In this document: piece by piece, positions 1 through 7,665 of the stretch | How positions within the stretch are numbered: position 1 is the stretch's first letter | How the letters are laid out: the number at the start of each line of letters is the position of its first letter | NCBI GenBank assembly: GCA_963931495.1 | Contig: OZ007020.1 | Coordinates: 210,001 to 242,000 of the forward strand | Source: an uncultured Alphaproteobacteria bacterium | Lineage (GTDB): Bacteria; Pseudomonadota; Alphaproteobacteria; Rs-D84 | DNA: 32,000 bases | Direction of reading: 5' to 3' | The notes under the pieces: model-generated | The model's input: the letters and a program-made list of their open reading frames with translations, nothing else | What the model was told of the DNA's origin: nothing | Databases searched by the model: none | Program-made: the position numbers and the translations under genes

Positions 1-288
1 TTTGTTTTCTAAATCTGCAATTGGGCGGCCCGTGATTAAAAAATCCCAAACTGTGATATCACTGTTGGGTAATTCCAGTTGCTGGGGCAGGTATGCAATG
101 TTTGAATTATTTGTGTCTATATACCCGGCGTCTGGTTTAATTTGACCAAGTATTATTTTGAATAATGTTGTTTTTCCGGCGCCGTTTACGCCAACAATAC
201 CAACCTTGTCATGCGGCAACAGGCTGAATTCAGCATTATCGTAAATGACGTTTGACCCAAATGATAAAGATAAATTTATTGCTTTCAT
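1..288 (-). CDS. ABC-F family ATP-binding protein, N-terminal part (gene runs off the window start)
   Basis: Reverse-strand translation from the ATG at complement 286-288 reads MKAINLSLSFGSNVIYDNAEFSLLPHDKVGIVGVNGAGKTTLFKIILGQIKPDAGY... It has a Walker A P-loop GVNGAGKTT. It is absent from the ORF track because it is open at the window edge. Confidence 0.75.
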   Translation of the reverse strand, partial: MKAINLSLSFGSNVIYDNAEFSLLPHDKVGIVGVNGAGKTTLFKIILGQIKPDAGYIDTNNSNIAYLPQQLELPNSDITVWDFLITGRPIADLENK

Positions 289-334
289 ATTCTGGATATA
301 TTGTATAATAATATTGACAATCAAAGGGGAAACA

Positions 335-682
335 ATGAAAAAATTATTATTTGTCTGTTTTGGATTAATTTTGGCGGCGTGTGGGAAAAACGCTGATATT
401 GAAGGTAAATGGGTTGAACCAATACCAAATATGCCCGGAATGAAACAAGGATTCAGTCTAGAGCAGGGTGGTGTCGCAGAATCTATTAATATGGCAACGT
501 TACAGTATGATACATGGCAGGTTGATGGAAATATTCTGATTTTATCTGGGAAAAGTATTGGAAATCACCAAGTGATTGATTTTACCGAAGAATATGAAAT
601 TGCCAGCGTTGATGACGATACGTTGATATTAAAGAATGCTGGTGTGGTTCGTGAATTTACACGATGCACAGATTGCGAATAA
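335..682 (+). CDS. Small lipoprotein, function unknown
   Basis: This is the internal Met of ORF 245..682. MKKLLFVCFGLILAACGK has a signal peptide plus lipobox L-A-A-C. A GGGGA Shine-Dalgarno-like sequence lies just upstream. Confidence 0.7.
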   Translation: MKKLLFVCFGLILAACGKNADIEGKWVEPIPNMPGMKQGFSLEQGGVAESINMATLQYDTWQVDGNILILSGKSIGNHQVIDFTEEYEIASVDDDTLILKNAGVVREFTRCTDCE

Positions 683-724
683 ATAATCATTTGGGCTGCA
701 TCCGGGGTATTACATCAGAACAAT

Positions 725-752
725 AAAACGCCCAGTGGGGCGCTTTATCATT
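725..752. terminator. Bidirectional rho-independent terminator
   Basis: Hairpin CGCCC-AGTG-GGGCG (729-742) is flanked by an A-run on the left and a T-rich tract on the right. It serves the + strand lipoprotein gene. On the minus strand it is the native terminator downstream of the tRNA-fMet 3' fragment. Confidence 0.6.
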
Positions 753-757
753 TTAAC

Positions 758-805
758 TGGTTGCGGAGTGTGGATTTGAACCACAGACCTTCAGGTTATG
801 AGCCT
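758..805 (-). repeat. att site: 48-bp copy of the 3' part of tRNA-fMet (anticodon loop to CCA)
   Basis: tggttgcggagtgtggatttgaaccacagaccttcaggttatgagcct is identical to 7392-7439 inside the intact tRNA. It is followed on the minus strand by the native terminator at 729-742. Confidence 0.9.
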
Positions 806-923
806 AAAATTTATATAATTTATATTAGTTTATAAAAATGATTAAAAGCTTGTGTTTCTGGGTTTTTTGTGTAAGTATATTGTTTATGAATATGTTTGTA
901 ATTTTATAGCTATTTATATAAAA

Positions 924-942
924 TTCGGCAATGAATCGGCAA
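924..942 (+). repeat. Tandem TTCGGCAA / ATCGGCAA motifs in 11-bp phase (candidate integrase or Xis arm-type sites, left end)
   Basis: aaaTTCGGCAAtgaATCGGCAAtaaga. A near-identical pair lies at 7301-7319 near the other island end, in the same orientation. Confidence 0.45.
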
Positions 943-964
943 TAAGATAATAAAGAGGTTTTTT

Positions 965-2002
965 ATGGATAGTAAGGTAAAAATACCGACAGGAATGTTT
1001 GTTTTCAATGTAAAGAATGGCACACGTACTATAAATGCACCATTTTTTAATAATAATATGTGGTTTACTCAGAAACAGATTGCAGAAATTTTTGAAACAG
1101 ATGTGTCTGGTGTTAGTCGCCATATTTCTAATATTTTGGCAGAGGGTGAAATAGATGAAAATAAGGCATTTGCAAAATTTGCAAAAAGCGAGAAATCCGA
1201 ATCTTACCCGATAAATCCAGAACCTGTTCATTATAGTTTGGATGTAGTCATTTCTGTTGGTTATCGTGTTAATTCGAAGAAGGCAACGGAGTTTCGTATT
1301 TGGGCGACAAAGGTGCTTAATGATTATATTCAAAAAGGTTTTGCCTTAGATGACGAACGTTTTAAACAAGGATATCAGACCGATAAACAATACTTTAAAG
1401 AATTGCGCGAGAGAATTAAGGAAATTCGTGCAAGTGAACGTATGTTATATCAACAAATTAAAGATATTTATGCTTTGTCGGCAGATTATGATAATAACCG
1501 TCAACAGACAATGTTGTTTTTTGCAAAGGTTCAAAATAAACTTTTGTTTGCGATATCTGGAAAGACAGGTCCAGAAATTATTCATAGTAGAGTCGATTCA
1601 AATAAAGAAAATATAGGGCTTACATCATTTAAAAATTCTCCGGATGGACGCGTGACAAAACAGGATGTAGAGATTGCTAAAAACTATTTACAAGAACCTG
1701 AAATGAAAGAATTAAGATATATTGTAAACCTATTTCTTGATTATGCAGAACATAAGGCTGAATCAGAAGAGAAAATATTTATGAAGGATTGGGAGGTATT
1801 ATTAGACGATTTCCTAGCGTTTAATAAAAAAGAAATTTTACCGAAAGCCGGTTCGATTTCTTTAGAAAAGGCTTTAGAAAAAGCCCATAACGAATATTTT
1901 AAATATCGCGAAAATCTAAAATTGGTCGAAAAGAAAAATTCAGAGATAGAATATAAAGAAGATATCAAAGAGCTTGAAAAAATTTTAAAAACAACAGAAT
2001 AG
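965..2002 (+). CDS. rhuM: RhuM family virulence/Fic-DOC-associated protein
   Basis: The segment LDVVISVGYRVNSKKATEFRIWATKVLNDYIQKGFALDDERFK matches the conserved RhuM core as I remember it. An AGAGG RBS lies upstream of the ATG. Confidence 0.75.
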   Translation: MDSKVKIPTGMFVFNVKNGTRTINAPFFNNNMWFTQKQIAEIFETDVSGVSRHISNILAEGEIDENKAFAKFAKSEKSESYPINPEPVHYSLDVVISVGYRVNSKKATEFRIWATKVLNDYIQKGFALDDERFKQGYQTDKQYFKELRERIKEIRASERMLYQQIKDIYALSADYDNNRQQTMLFFAKVQNKLLFAISGKTGPEIIHSRVDSNKENIGLTSFKNSPDGRVTKQDVEIAKNYLQEPEMKELRYIVNLFLDYAEHKAESEEKIFMKDWEVLLDDFLAFNKKEILPKAGSISLEKALEKAHNEYFKYRENLKLVEKKNSEIEYKEDIKELEKILKTTE

Positions 2003-2010
2003 GTTTTGTT

Positions 2011-3156
2011 TTGCATAAACATAATAATAAATTTAATTTTACTAAATCTGATATAGAAAAACTTACCCCGCCTGAAAAGGGGGTCATTACATATTTTGAT
2101 ACGGGGTTTAGAGGGTTAAAATTATATGTTACTGCCAATGGTGTAAAAACTTTCTTTGTTCGCAAAATGGTTAATGGTAGAGATGAGCGTTTTATTTTAG
2201 GGCAATATCCAGACTTAAGTATTCAAAACGCACGAGATAAAGCCTTGTTAACTTTATCTGATTTGGCTAATGGTATAAATCCCAATGAAGAGAAAAAAGC
2301 AAACAGAGCTGAACAGAAATTAGGGGATTTGTTTATAGAATTTATGGAACGTTATTCTAAGAAAGAGAAAAAATCTTGGGTATACGACCAAAGAGAGATT
2401 CCTAAATTTTATAGCGATTGGTTTAAAAGACGTCTTTCCGATATAAAAAAGACAGAAATTCAGCGCAGGCATGAGAAAATAAGGGATGAAAATGGATTGT
2501 ATCAGGCTAATAGATGTTTGGAACGCATCAGGGCAATGTACAATAAAGCAATAGAGTGGGGCTGGAAAGGTGATAATCCGACATCAGGTATTAAGAAATT
2601 TAAAGAAATTAAACGTGATAGGTTTTTACAACCAAATGAAGCAAAGGATTTTTTTGAATCTTTAAAGTTAGAAGAAAATATAATTATACGTAATTATTTT
2701 TATATGGCGTTGTTTACAGGTGCGCGTAAAACGAACGTTCTTGAAATGCGCTGGGAACAAATAGATATGAAAAGTGCTTTGTGGCGTATTCCAGATACAA
2801 AAAATGGGGAACCTGTAGTAGTTCCTTTGATTTCTTATGCCATGGAATTATTACGTTCTATGCCAAGAATATCGGAATGGGTGTTTCCTAATAGTAAGTC
2901 TAAAAGTGGGCATATAGAAGACCCTAAAAAAGCATGGAATCGTATTTTGCGTAGGGCAAACATAGAAAATTTAAGAATCCATGATATTCGTAGAACAATG
3001 GGGAGTTGGGAGGCTTTAACTGGTGCTAGTATGCTTGTTATTGGAAAGTCGTTAGGACATAAATCCACCAGCGCAACACAAGTTTATGCTCGTTTAACAA
3101 ATGACCCAGTTAGAAATAGCATGGAAAAGGCTATAAATACATTTATGGAAGGTTAG
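2011..3156 (+). CDS. int: Tyrosine recombinase/integrase, P4-like with an N-terminal arm-binding (DUF4102-type) domain
   Basis: The N-terminus GLKLYVTANGVKTFFVRKMVNGRDERFILGQYPDLSIQNARDKA is typical of the P4 integrase arm domain. Catalytic signature: TGARKTN (Arg), HDIRRT (His-x-x-Arg), GHKSTSATQVYAR (His...Tyr). The start codon is TTG in the ORF track. Confidence 0.9.
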   Translation: MHKHNNKFNFTKSDIEKLTPPEKGVITYFDTGFRGLKLYVTANGVKTFFVRKMVNGRDERFILGQYPDLSIQNARDKALLTLSDLANGINPNEEKKANRAEQKLGDLFIEFMERYSKKEKKSWVYDQREIPKFYSDWFKRRLSDIKKTEIQRRHEKIRDENGLYQANRCLERIRAMYNKAIEWGWKGDNPTSGIKKFKEIKRDRFLQPNEAKDFFESLKLEENIIIRNYFYMALFTGARKTNVLEMRWEQIDMKSALWRIPDTKNGEPVVVPLISYAMELLRSMPRISEWVFPNSKSKSGHIEDPKKAWNRILRRANIENLRIHDIRRTMGSWEALTGASMLVIGKSLGHKSTSATQVYARLTNDPVRNSMEKAINTFMEG

Positions 3157-3161
3157 TTAAT

Positions 3162-4010
3162 ATGAATATAAATAATTTTCTAAATATTCCAGATGTAATA
3201 AATAAAGCAGAATATCTATCTGTAGACTGTGTAGATTTGATAAATAGTATAGATTATTCGCAGGAAAGTGCTTCTTATTTGCTTAATGCGTATTCTCTTG
3301 CGCTGGTAATGTTCTTTTTTGAATCTTCGTATTATGACGCTTTAAATCAAGATATGGTCTTACCGACAAATGACGATATTTATTCTGTTATAGATTTTAT
3401 ATTATCAGAGGCTCAAAAGTGTCCAGTTGGAGATTTGCCATATATGGATTTTTTGTCATTAGAAAATAGAAATTTAAAATACGTTATTAAAGATACGGGT
3501 GTGGTTGTTGGGTATTATGCCTTTGTGTCAGCTTTAATATTATATGTTCTTGATAATATAATTTTAATGAATGTATCAAATAAATCTGAAAAAAACATAA
3601 TCTTGACGACCGCTTGTTTGAGTAATTTGTTAAATAGATTATATTCTGGTATAGATGTTTTTAGAAGTATTCCTGCTATTTATTTAAGGAATTTTATTCA
3701 GTTTTTAGTAAATATACATGATGAATCTGTACTGAAAAAAGTAGCAAAAGAATCGAAAAGAAAGCTTGCTGGTAGTGGTGGTGCGAAAAAAGCTCAAAAT
3801 ATAAGAGAAAGACGTAAAGCAGTATATGATTTTATAGATATAACGGTAGATTCTATAAGTGGTAGTGCAGCTCATAAATCTCAGGTTTTAGCAAATAGAA
3901 TTCGTAAAAATACAGAGTTGTTCGATTTGGTTGGCGATATAAATATTCTTGAGGATTGGATAGCCGAGTATTTAAAAAAGAAGAAAAATAAAAAGTTGGG
4001 GTTCTGCTAG
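3162..4010 (+). CDS. Hypothetical island protein (282 aa, Lys-rich C-terminus)
   Basis: A long ORF starts 5 nt after the int stop codon. I recognise no family. Confidence 0.55.
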   Translation: MNINNFLNIPDVINKAEYLSVDCVDLINSIDYSQESASYLLNAYSLALVMFFFESSYYDALNQDMVLPTNDDIYSVIDFILSEAQKCPVGDLPYMDFLSLENRNLKYVIKDTGVVVGYYAFVSALILYVLDNIILMNVSNKSEKNIILTTACLSNLLNRLYSGIDVFRSIPAIYLRNFIQFLVNIHDESVLKKVAKESKRKLAGSGGAKKAQNIRERRKAVYDFIDITVDSISGSAAHKSQVLANRIRKNTELFDLVGDINILEDWIAEYLKKKKNKKLGFC

Positions 4011-4080
4011 TAGCACCCCATGACTATTGTTTTATATGGTTTTATATTTCCTATGTATAGAATTACAAGGAGATATAAAA

Positions 4081-4275
4081 ATGTCTGAAAAATTACATGA
4101 AAACGATTTTTTAAATCAAAAAGAAGTTTCGGCTATTTTGGGAGTGAAGGTAACTACTTTAAATCATTGGAGGTGTATTAAGAGATATAATATTCCTTAT
4201 ATAAAAATAGGGCGGGTGATTTTGTATCCAGAACAAGAATTCAAAGTTTGGTTGAACCAGTATATGAACAAATAG
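4081..4275 (+). CDS. AlpA/excisionase-type helix-turn-helix DNA-binding protein
   Basis: This is the internal Met of ORF 4027..4275, preceded by an AAGGAG RBS. LNQKEVSAILGVKVTTLNHWRCIKRYNIPYIKIGRVILYPEQEFKVWL fits the MerR-like HTH_17/AlpA pattern. Confidence 0.75.
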   Translation: MSEKLHENDFLNQKEVSAILGVKVTTLNHWRCIKRYNIPYIKIGRVILYPEQEFKVWLNQYMNK

Positions 4276-4290
4276 GTTGGTGGTAGAGTT

Positions 4291-4779
4291 ATGGATTACA
4301 ATAATTGTTATACACAAGTTTTTAATAGTCTTATTTTTGATGAAAGCCTCTCGGTAAATGCGAGATTTGTGTATATATTGTTTGCTAGTAAAAAGAATAT
4401 GCAATGGGTTTGGTATAAAAGCAATATAATGAAACTTACTGGTTTTGGTCGAGATAAAGTGACTTTTGCTATAAATGAGTTGCAAATGGCGGGTTGGATA
4501 AAAAGTGTGTTTGCCAGAAAAAATGGGCGGTTTAATGGGTTAAAAATAACTGTAAACGATAAACCGGCTACTGAAAAACCGTTAACGGTCGATACGGTAC
4601 ATATAAATAAAGATAATAAAAATAATATAAATAATAAAAATAGAAGTAATTGTCTTATATCAAATCTTAAGAATGAGCTGTATTATAAAACTAAAAAAAT
4701 GGTTGTACCGAATGTACAACAAACTGCAATCGATGTAGAACAAGTACAACAGAAAGTACAACACAATATAATTTATTGA
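4291..4779 (+). CDS. Winged-helix DNA-binding protein (possible replication/iteron-binding or regulatory protein)
   Basis: ARFVYILFAS...IMKLTGFGRDKVTFAINELQMAGWIKSV looks like a winged-HTH recognition unit. The 3' end of the gene carries GTACAAC repeats. Confidence 0.5.
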   Translation: MDYNNCYTQVFNSLIFDESLSVNARFVYILFASKKNMQWVWYKSNIMKLTGFGRDKVTFAINELQMAGWIKSVFARKNGRFNGLKITVNDKPATEKPLTVDTVHINKDNKNNINNKNRSNCLISNLKNELYYKTKKMVVPNVQQTAIDVEQVQQKVQHNIIY

Positions 4780-4831
4780 TAATACAATATATTTTTATAT
4801 AAAAACGCCGTTCTGTTGTACTTTGTTGTAC
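4703..4831. repeat. Cluster of six 7-bp GTACAAC/GTTGTAC repeats (iteron-like, inverted arrangement)
   Basis: GTTGTAC occurs at 4703-4709, 4815-4821 and 4825-4831. GTACAAC occurs at 4714-4720, 4744-4750 and 4756-4762. Arms 4744-4762 and 4815-4831 form a ~20-bp imperfect inverted repeat around an AT-rich spacer. Confidence 0.6.
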
Positions 4832-5265
4832 TATTTTTGTGCTTTTTCATATTCGGGATTTGGAATATATTTTGGTTGTATATATTTTATTTTTTGAACA
4901 GTTCTTTTGCTTCCAAACGAATTTGTATATTTATAAGTACCGTCTTTTATAAAACAGTGTTCTGGTATGCTCATTACTTTATCGTCATACATTGTATTTA
5001 GGTAATCGTCATGTATTTTTACAAAAAATAATATTTCTGGGTCTGATTTTATGAACTGGTTTTCTGATATATAGTCTAATAAATAAACTAATATACCGTC
5101 GTTTGTTACAGAAACTACCTGCATTCCATCTGGAAACATTTCGCAGTCCGGATTTTTTATTAATTCTGGTACCGGTGCTCCAAAAGCTAGATAATATAAG
5201 TCTGATATACTGTAACTACAAGCACTTACAAATAAAGATATTAAAAGAATAAAAAAGTTTCTCAT
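4831..5265 (-). CDS. Island-encoded lipoprotein, function unknown
   Basis: MRNFFILLISLFVSACSYS has a signal peptide plus lipobox V-S-A-C. An AGGAG RBS (complement of 5272-5276) lies upstream. The gene is preceded by structured-leader copy C. Confidence 0.7.
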   Translation of the reverse strand: MRNFFILLISLFVSACSYSISDLYYLAFGAPVPELIKNPDCEMFPDGMQVVSVTNDGILVYLLDYISENQFIKSDPEILFFVKIHDDYLNTMYDDKVMSIPEHCFIKDGTYKYTNSFGSKRTVQKIKYIQPKYIPNPEYEKAQK

Positions 5266-5276
5266 ACTATTCTCCT

Positions 5277-5476
5277 AAATAAATACAGTCGCTGAAAGAG
5301 CGACTGGGAGTTGGTAACTACAATACGATAGTGCGCCATATTGGCACAAAGGCTTATTTTGACGCCTCCCAGCCATGAGCTGTGAAGCGTGCAAAGTTTC
5401 GTCTTACACAGACGCGTATTGAAGGGTTACCACACCCGTCGAAATTTACTCTACAATAAAAAACAAATAAAATCAA
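5277..5476 (-). promoter_or_regulatory. Structured RNA leader/sRNA, copy C (promoter + ~165-nt conserved structure + intrinsic terminator)
   Basis: On the minus strand: TTGATT (5476-5471), 17-nt spacer, TAGAGT (5453-5448). Conserved blocks follow: ACCCTTCAATACGCGTCT-loop-AGACGAAA. The long helix CTGGGAG (5372-5366) pairs with CTCCCAG (5310-5304). The terminator is GTCGCTC-TTTC-AGCGAC (5303-5288) plus a T-rich tail. It is alignable by eye to 15614-15819 and 24377-24587. Confidence 0.6.
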
Positions 5477-5497
5477 ATCCTTGATTTTGTTAATTGT

Positions 5498-7165
5498 ATG
5501 ATATACCATGAAAGCATTAGAAATAGGCTTAAAATGGAAGATTTAGAACAGTTTTTAAATAATCTTGGTTGTGAAGATGAACATACTGAATTTAAAGAAG
5601 CAAAAAATAACTTCAGTATATTGGGTGACTTTAATAAAAGAAATTGTATTTATGCTTATAGCGTTGCTATCGGAAACGAAGGCGGGGGATGTCTTGTTTT
5701 TGGAATTGATGATAAAAAACGTGTTGTAGGAACAAATTTTCCAAAAGACTCTTTTGTTTCCGTCAGAGAAAAGATTTATGATAAAACGAAGCAAAGATTA
5801 AAAATAGAAGAGAAGCTTTTTAATGGTTCAAGAATTGTTGTTATAAAAATTCCGAGCAGACCTTTTGGTGAATATTTTTCGTTTTATGAAGTGCCTTTAA
5901 TGAGAGTCGGACAAGAGTTAAGAACTATGAGTAGGGAGAGAATGCAAGAGATTCTTAATGAAACTAGGGTGGATTGGACAGGGCAAGTTGCAGAAAATGC
6001 TTCTGTTGATGATATTGATGAAAATGCTATATTGAAGGCTAAAGAAAATTTTGCAACAAAATTTCCAAATATTAGCAAAGAAGAAATAGACTCTTGGGAT
6101 GTTAAAGTTTTTTTGGCTAAAGCTAAATTATTAAATAATGGTAAGATAACAAATGCCGCTTTGATTTTGTTAGGTAAAGAAGAGTCTAAGATTTTGCTAC
6201 AACCCCATGTTGCTGAAATAACATGGGCGTTGAAAACAGATACAGGCGATACTCTGGATTATAAGCATTTTGCGCCACCGTTCATAATAGCCATAGATGA
6301 AGTTTTTAAGAAAATCAGAAATTTAAAATATAGATATATGAAAACTTCTGGTTCTTTATTCCCTGAAGAAACGGACCAATATAATTCTTATGTGATAAGA
6401 GAAGCGTTGAATAATTGTATTGCACATCAGGATTATTCAAAATGCGCTAGAATAACGGTTGTTGAGAAATCAGATAGTTTGGTTTTTACGAATGAAGGCA
6501 CTTTTATACCAAAGACAATAAAAGCTGTTATAGATACAGATATGCCACCACGTTGTTATAGGAATAAGTTTTTAGCGGAAGCTATGGTAAATCTGAATAT
6601 GATAGATACAGTTGGAAGTGGTATTAAACGTATGTTTGCAGAACAAAGGGCGCGTTTGTTCCCTTTGCCGAGTTATGATTTTTCAGATGATAAAGTAAAA
6701 GTAGAGATTTTTGGTAAAATTATAGATGTTAATTATGCTAGATTGTTGGCTAAAAACACAGATTTGTCTTTAGACGATATAATTTTATTAGACGCCGTTC
6801 AGAAGAAAAAAACGATAGAAGCTGATGCTGTTAGACGTTTAAGGAAGAAGGGGTATATAGAAGGAAGGTCGCCAAATATTTATATTTCCGCTATGGTTGC
6901 CGAAAAAACAGGCGCTGTAGGCGAATATTTAAATACAAAAGGTTTAGATAATAATTATTATAGAAAGTTAATATTGGATTATTTAAAAGTTAGTTCTGCT
7001 AAAAGACGTGAATTAGAAGCTTTTATATTACCAAAATTATCTAGTTTGTTAACTGATACCCAAAAAAAGAAAAAGCTTGAAAATATTCTGAATAGAATGA
7101 GATTAAAAGGGCTTATTGTAAATAGTGGAAACGGTAAACAATCTGTGTGGAGTTTGAAAAAATAG
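5498..7165 (+). CDS. AlbA_2 (Schlafen-like) DNA-binding domain / HATPase_c_4 ATPase-like protein, often annotated RecG-like transcriptional regulator
   Basis: The N-terminus EDEHTEFKEAKNNF...GGGCLVFGIDDKKRVVG is AlbA_2-like. The middle region REALNNCIAHQDYSKCARITVVEKSDSLVFTNEGTFIP is HATPase_c_4-like. The C-terminus is wHTH-like. The true start may be the Met at 5534 (MEDLEQF...). Confidence 0.65.
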   Translation: MIYHESIRNRLKMEDLEQFLNNLGCEDEHTEFKEAKNNFSILGDFNKRNCIYAYSVAIGNEGGGCLVFGIDDKKRVVGTNFPKDSFVSVREKIYDKTKQRLKIEEKLFNGSRIVVIKIPSRPFGEYFSFYEVPLMRVGQELRTMSRERMQEILNETRVDWTGQVAENASVDDIDENAILKAKENFATKFPNISKEEIDSWDVKVFLAKAKLLNNGKITNAALILLGKEESKILLQPHVAEITWALKTDTGDTLDYKHFAPPFIIAIDEVFKKIRNLKYRYMKTSGSLFPEETDQYNSYVIREALNNCIAHQDYSKCARITVVEKSDSLVFTNEGTFIPKTIKAVIDTDMPPRCYRNKFLAEAMVNLNMIDTVGSGIKRMFAEQRARLFPLPSYDFSDDKVKVEIFGKIIDVNYARLLAKNTDLSLDDIILLDAVQKKKTIEADAVRRLRKKGYIEGRSPNIYISAMVAEKTGAVGEYLNTKGLDNNYYRKLILDYLKVSSAKRRELEAFILPKLSSLLTDTQKKKKLENILNRMRLKGLIVNSGNGKQSVWSLKK

Positions 7166-7300
7166 TCTTAAACCTTAATTTTGGACGGATTTTTTTGATT
7201 TTGAGTGAATTTTTTTATAAAAATCGTTAAAAAATCCCAGATTTGTGGTATTTTTTTTGAGAAAAAAGAGTTTTATTTTAGAAGTTTTAAGTAGAGTTAA

Positions 7301-7319
7301 TTCGGCAACGATTCGGCAA
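7301..7319 (+). repeat. Tandem TTCGGCAA motifs in 11-bp phase (candidate arm-type sites, right end)
   Basis: taaTTCGGCAAcgaTTCGGCAAtagaga lies about 73 bp from the att core at 7392. It matches the pair at 924-942. Confidence 0.45.
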
Positions 7320-7360
7320 TAGAGATTTTGTTCAAATAATATGTTTTTGCTATGATAAAT

Positions 7361-7383
7361 AAAAAAACCGCAGATTTCTGCGG
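7361..7383 (-). terminator. Island-supplied rho-independent terminator for the reconstituted tRNA-fMet
   Basis: On the minus strand, CCGCAGA-AATC-TCTGCGG is followed by a T7 run (the A-run 7361-7367 on plus). It lies immediately 3' of the tRNA CCA end. Confidence 0.7.
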
Positions 7384-7391
7384 TTAAATCT

Positions 7392-7468
<77 letters not shown>

Positions 7469-7481
7469 TCAAACGGGTGGT

Positions 7482-7509
7482 ATTATATCAGTTTTTGATA
7501 TATTGTCAA
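7482..7509 (-). promoter_or_regulatory. Sigma70-type promoter of tRNA-fMet
   Basis: On the minus strand: TTGACA (7509-7504), 16-nt spacer, TATAAT (7487-7482). The -10 ends 13 nt upstream of the tRNA 5' end. Confidence 0.7.
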
Positions 7510-7665
7510 ATAAAATCAATGTTTTTAATTGATTTTGACGTTATGTAATCTGAAACAGGCCCCTTGAAATATGATTTTTTTACTGTTATGATTCAAATTA
7601 CCTGTATAATATTGTATATGAATTATGTCTTAGTGTAATTATTAGTTAGTAAATAGAGTAAGGTT

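Noticed and set aside
914-1333. The minus-strand 139-aa ORF antisense to rhuM, and similar AT-rich shadow ORFs within the island (for example 4159..4485 -, 4816..5001 +, 5555..5794 -).
   Set aside because: Their compositions are dominated by Ile, Phe, Lys and Asn as expected from AT-rich antisense frames. They overlap better-supported genes and have no recognisable motifs.
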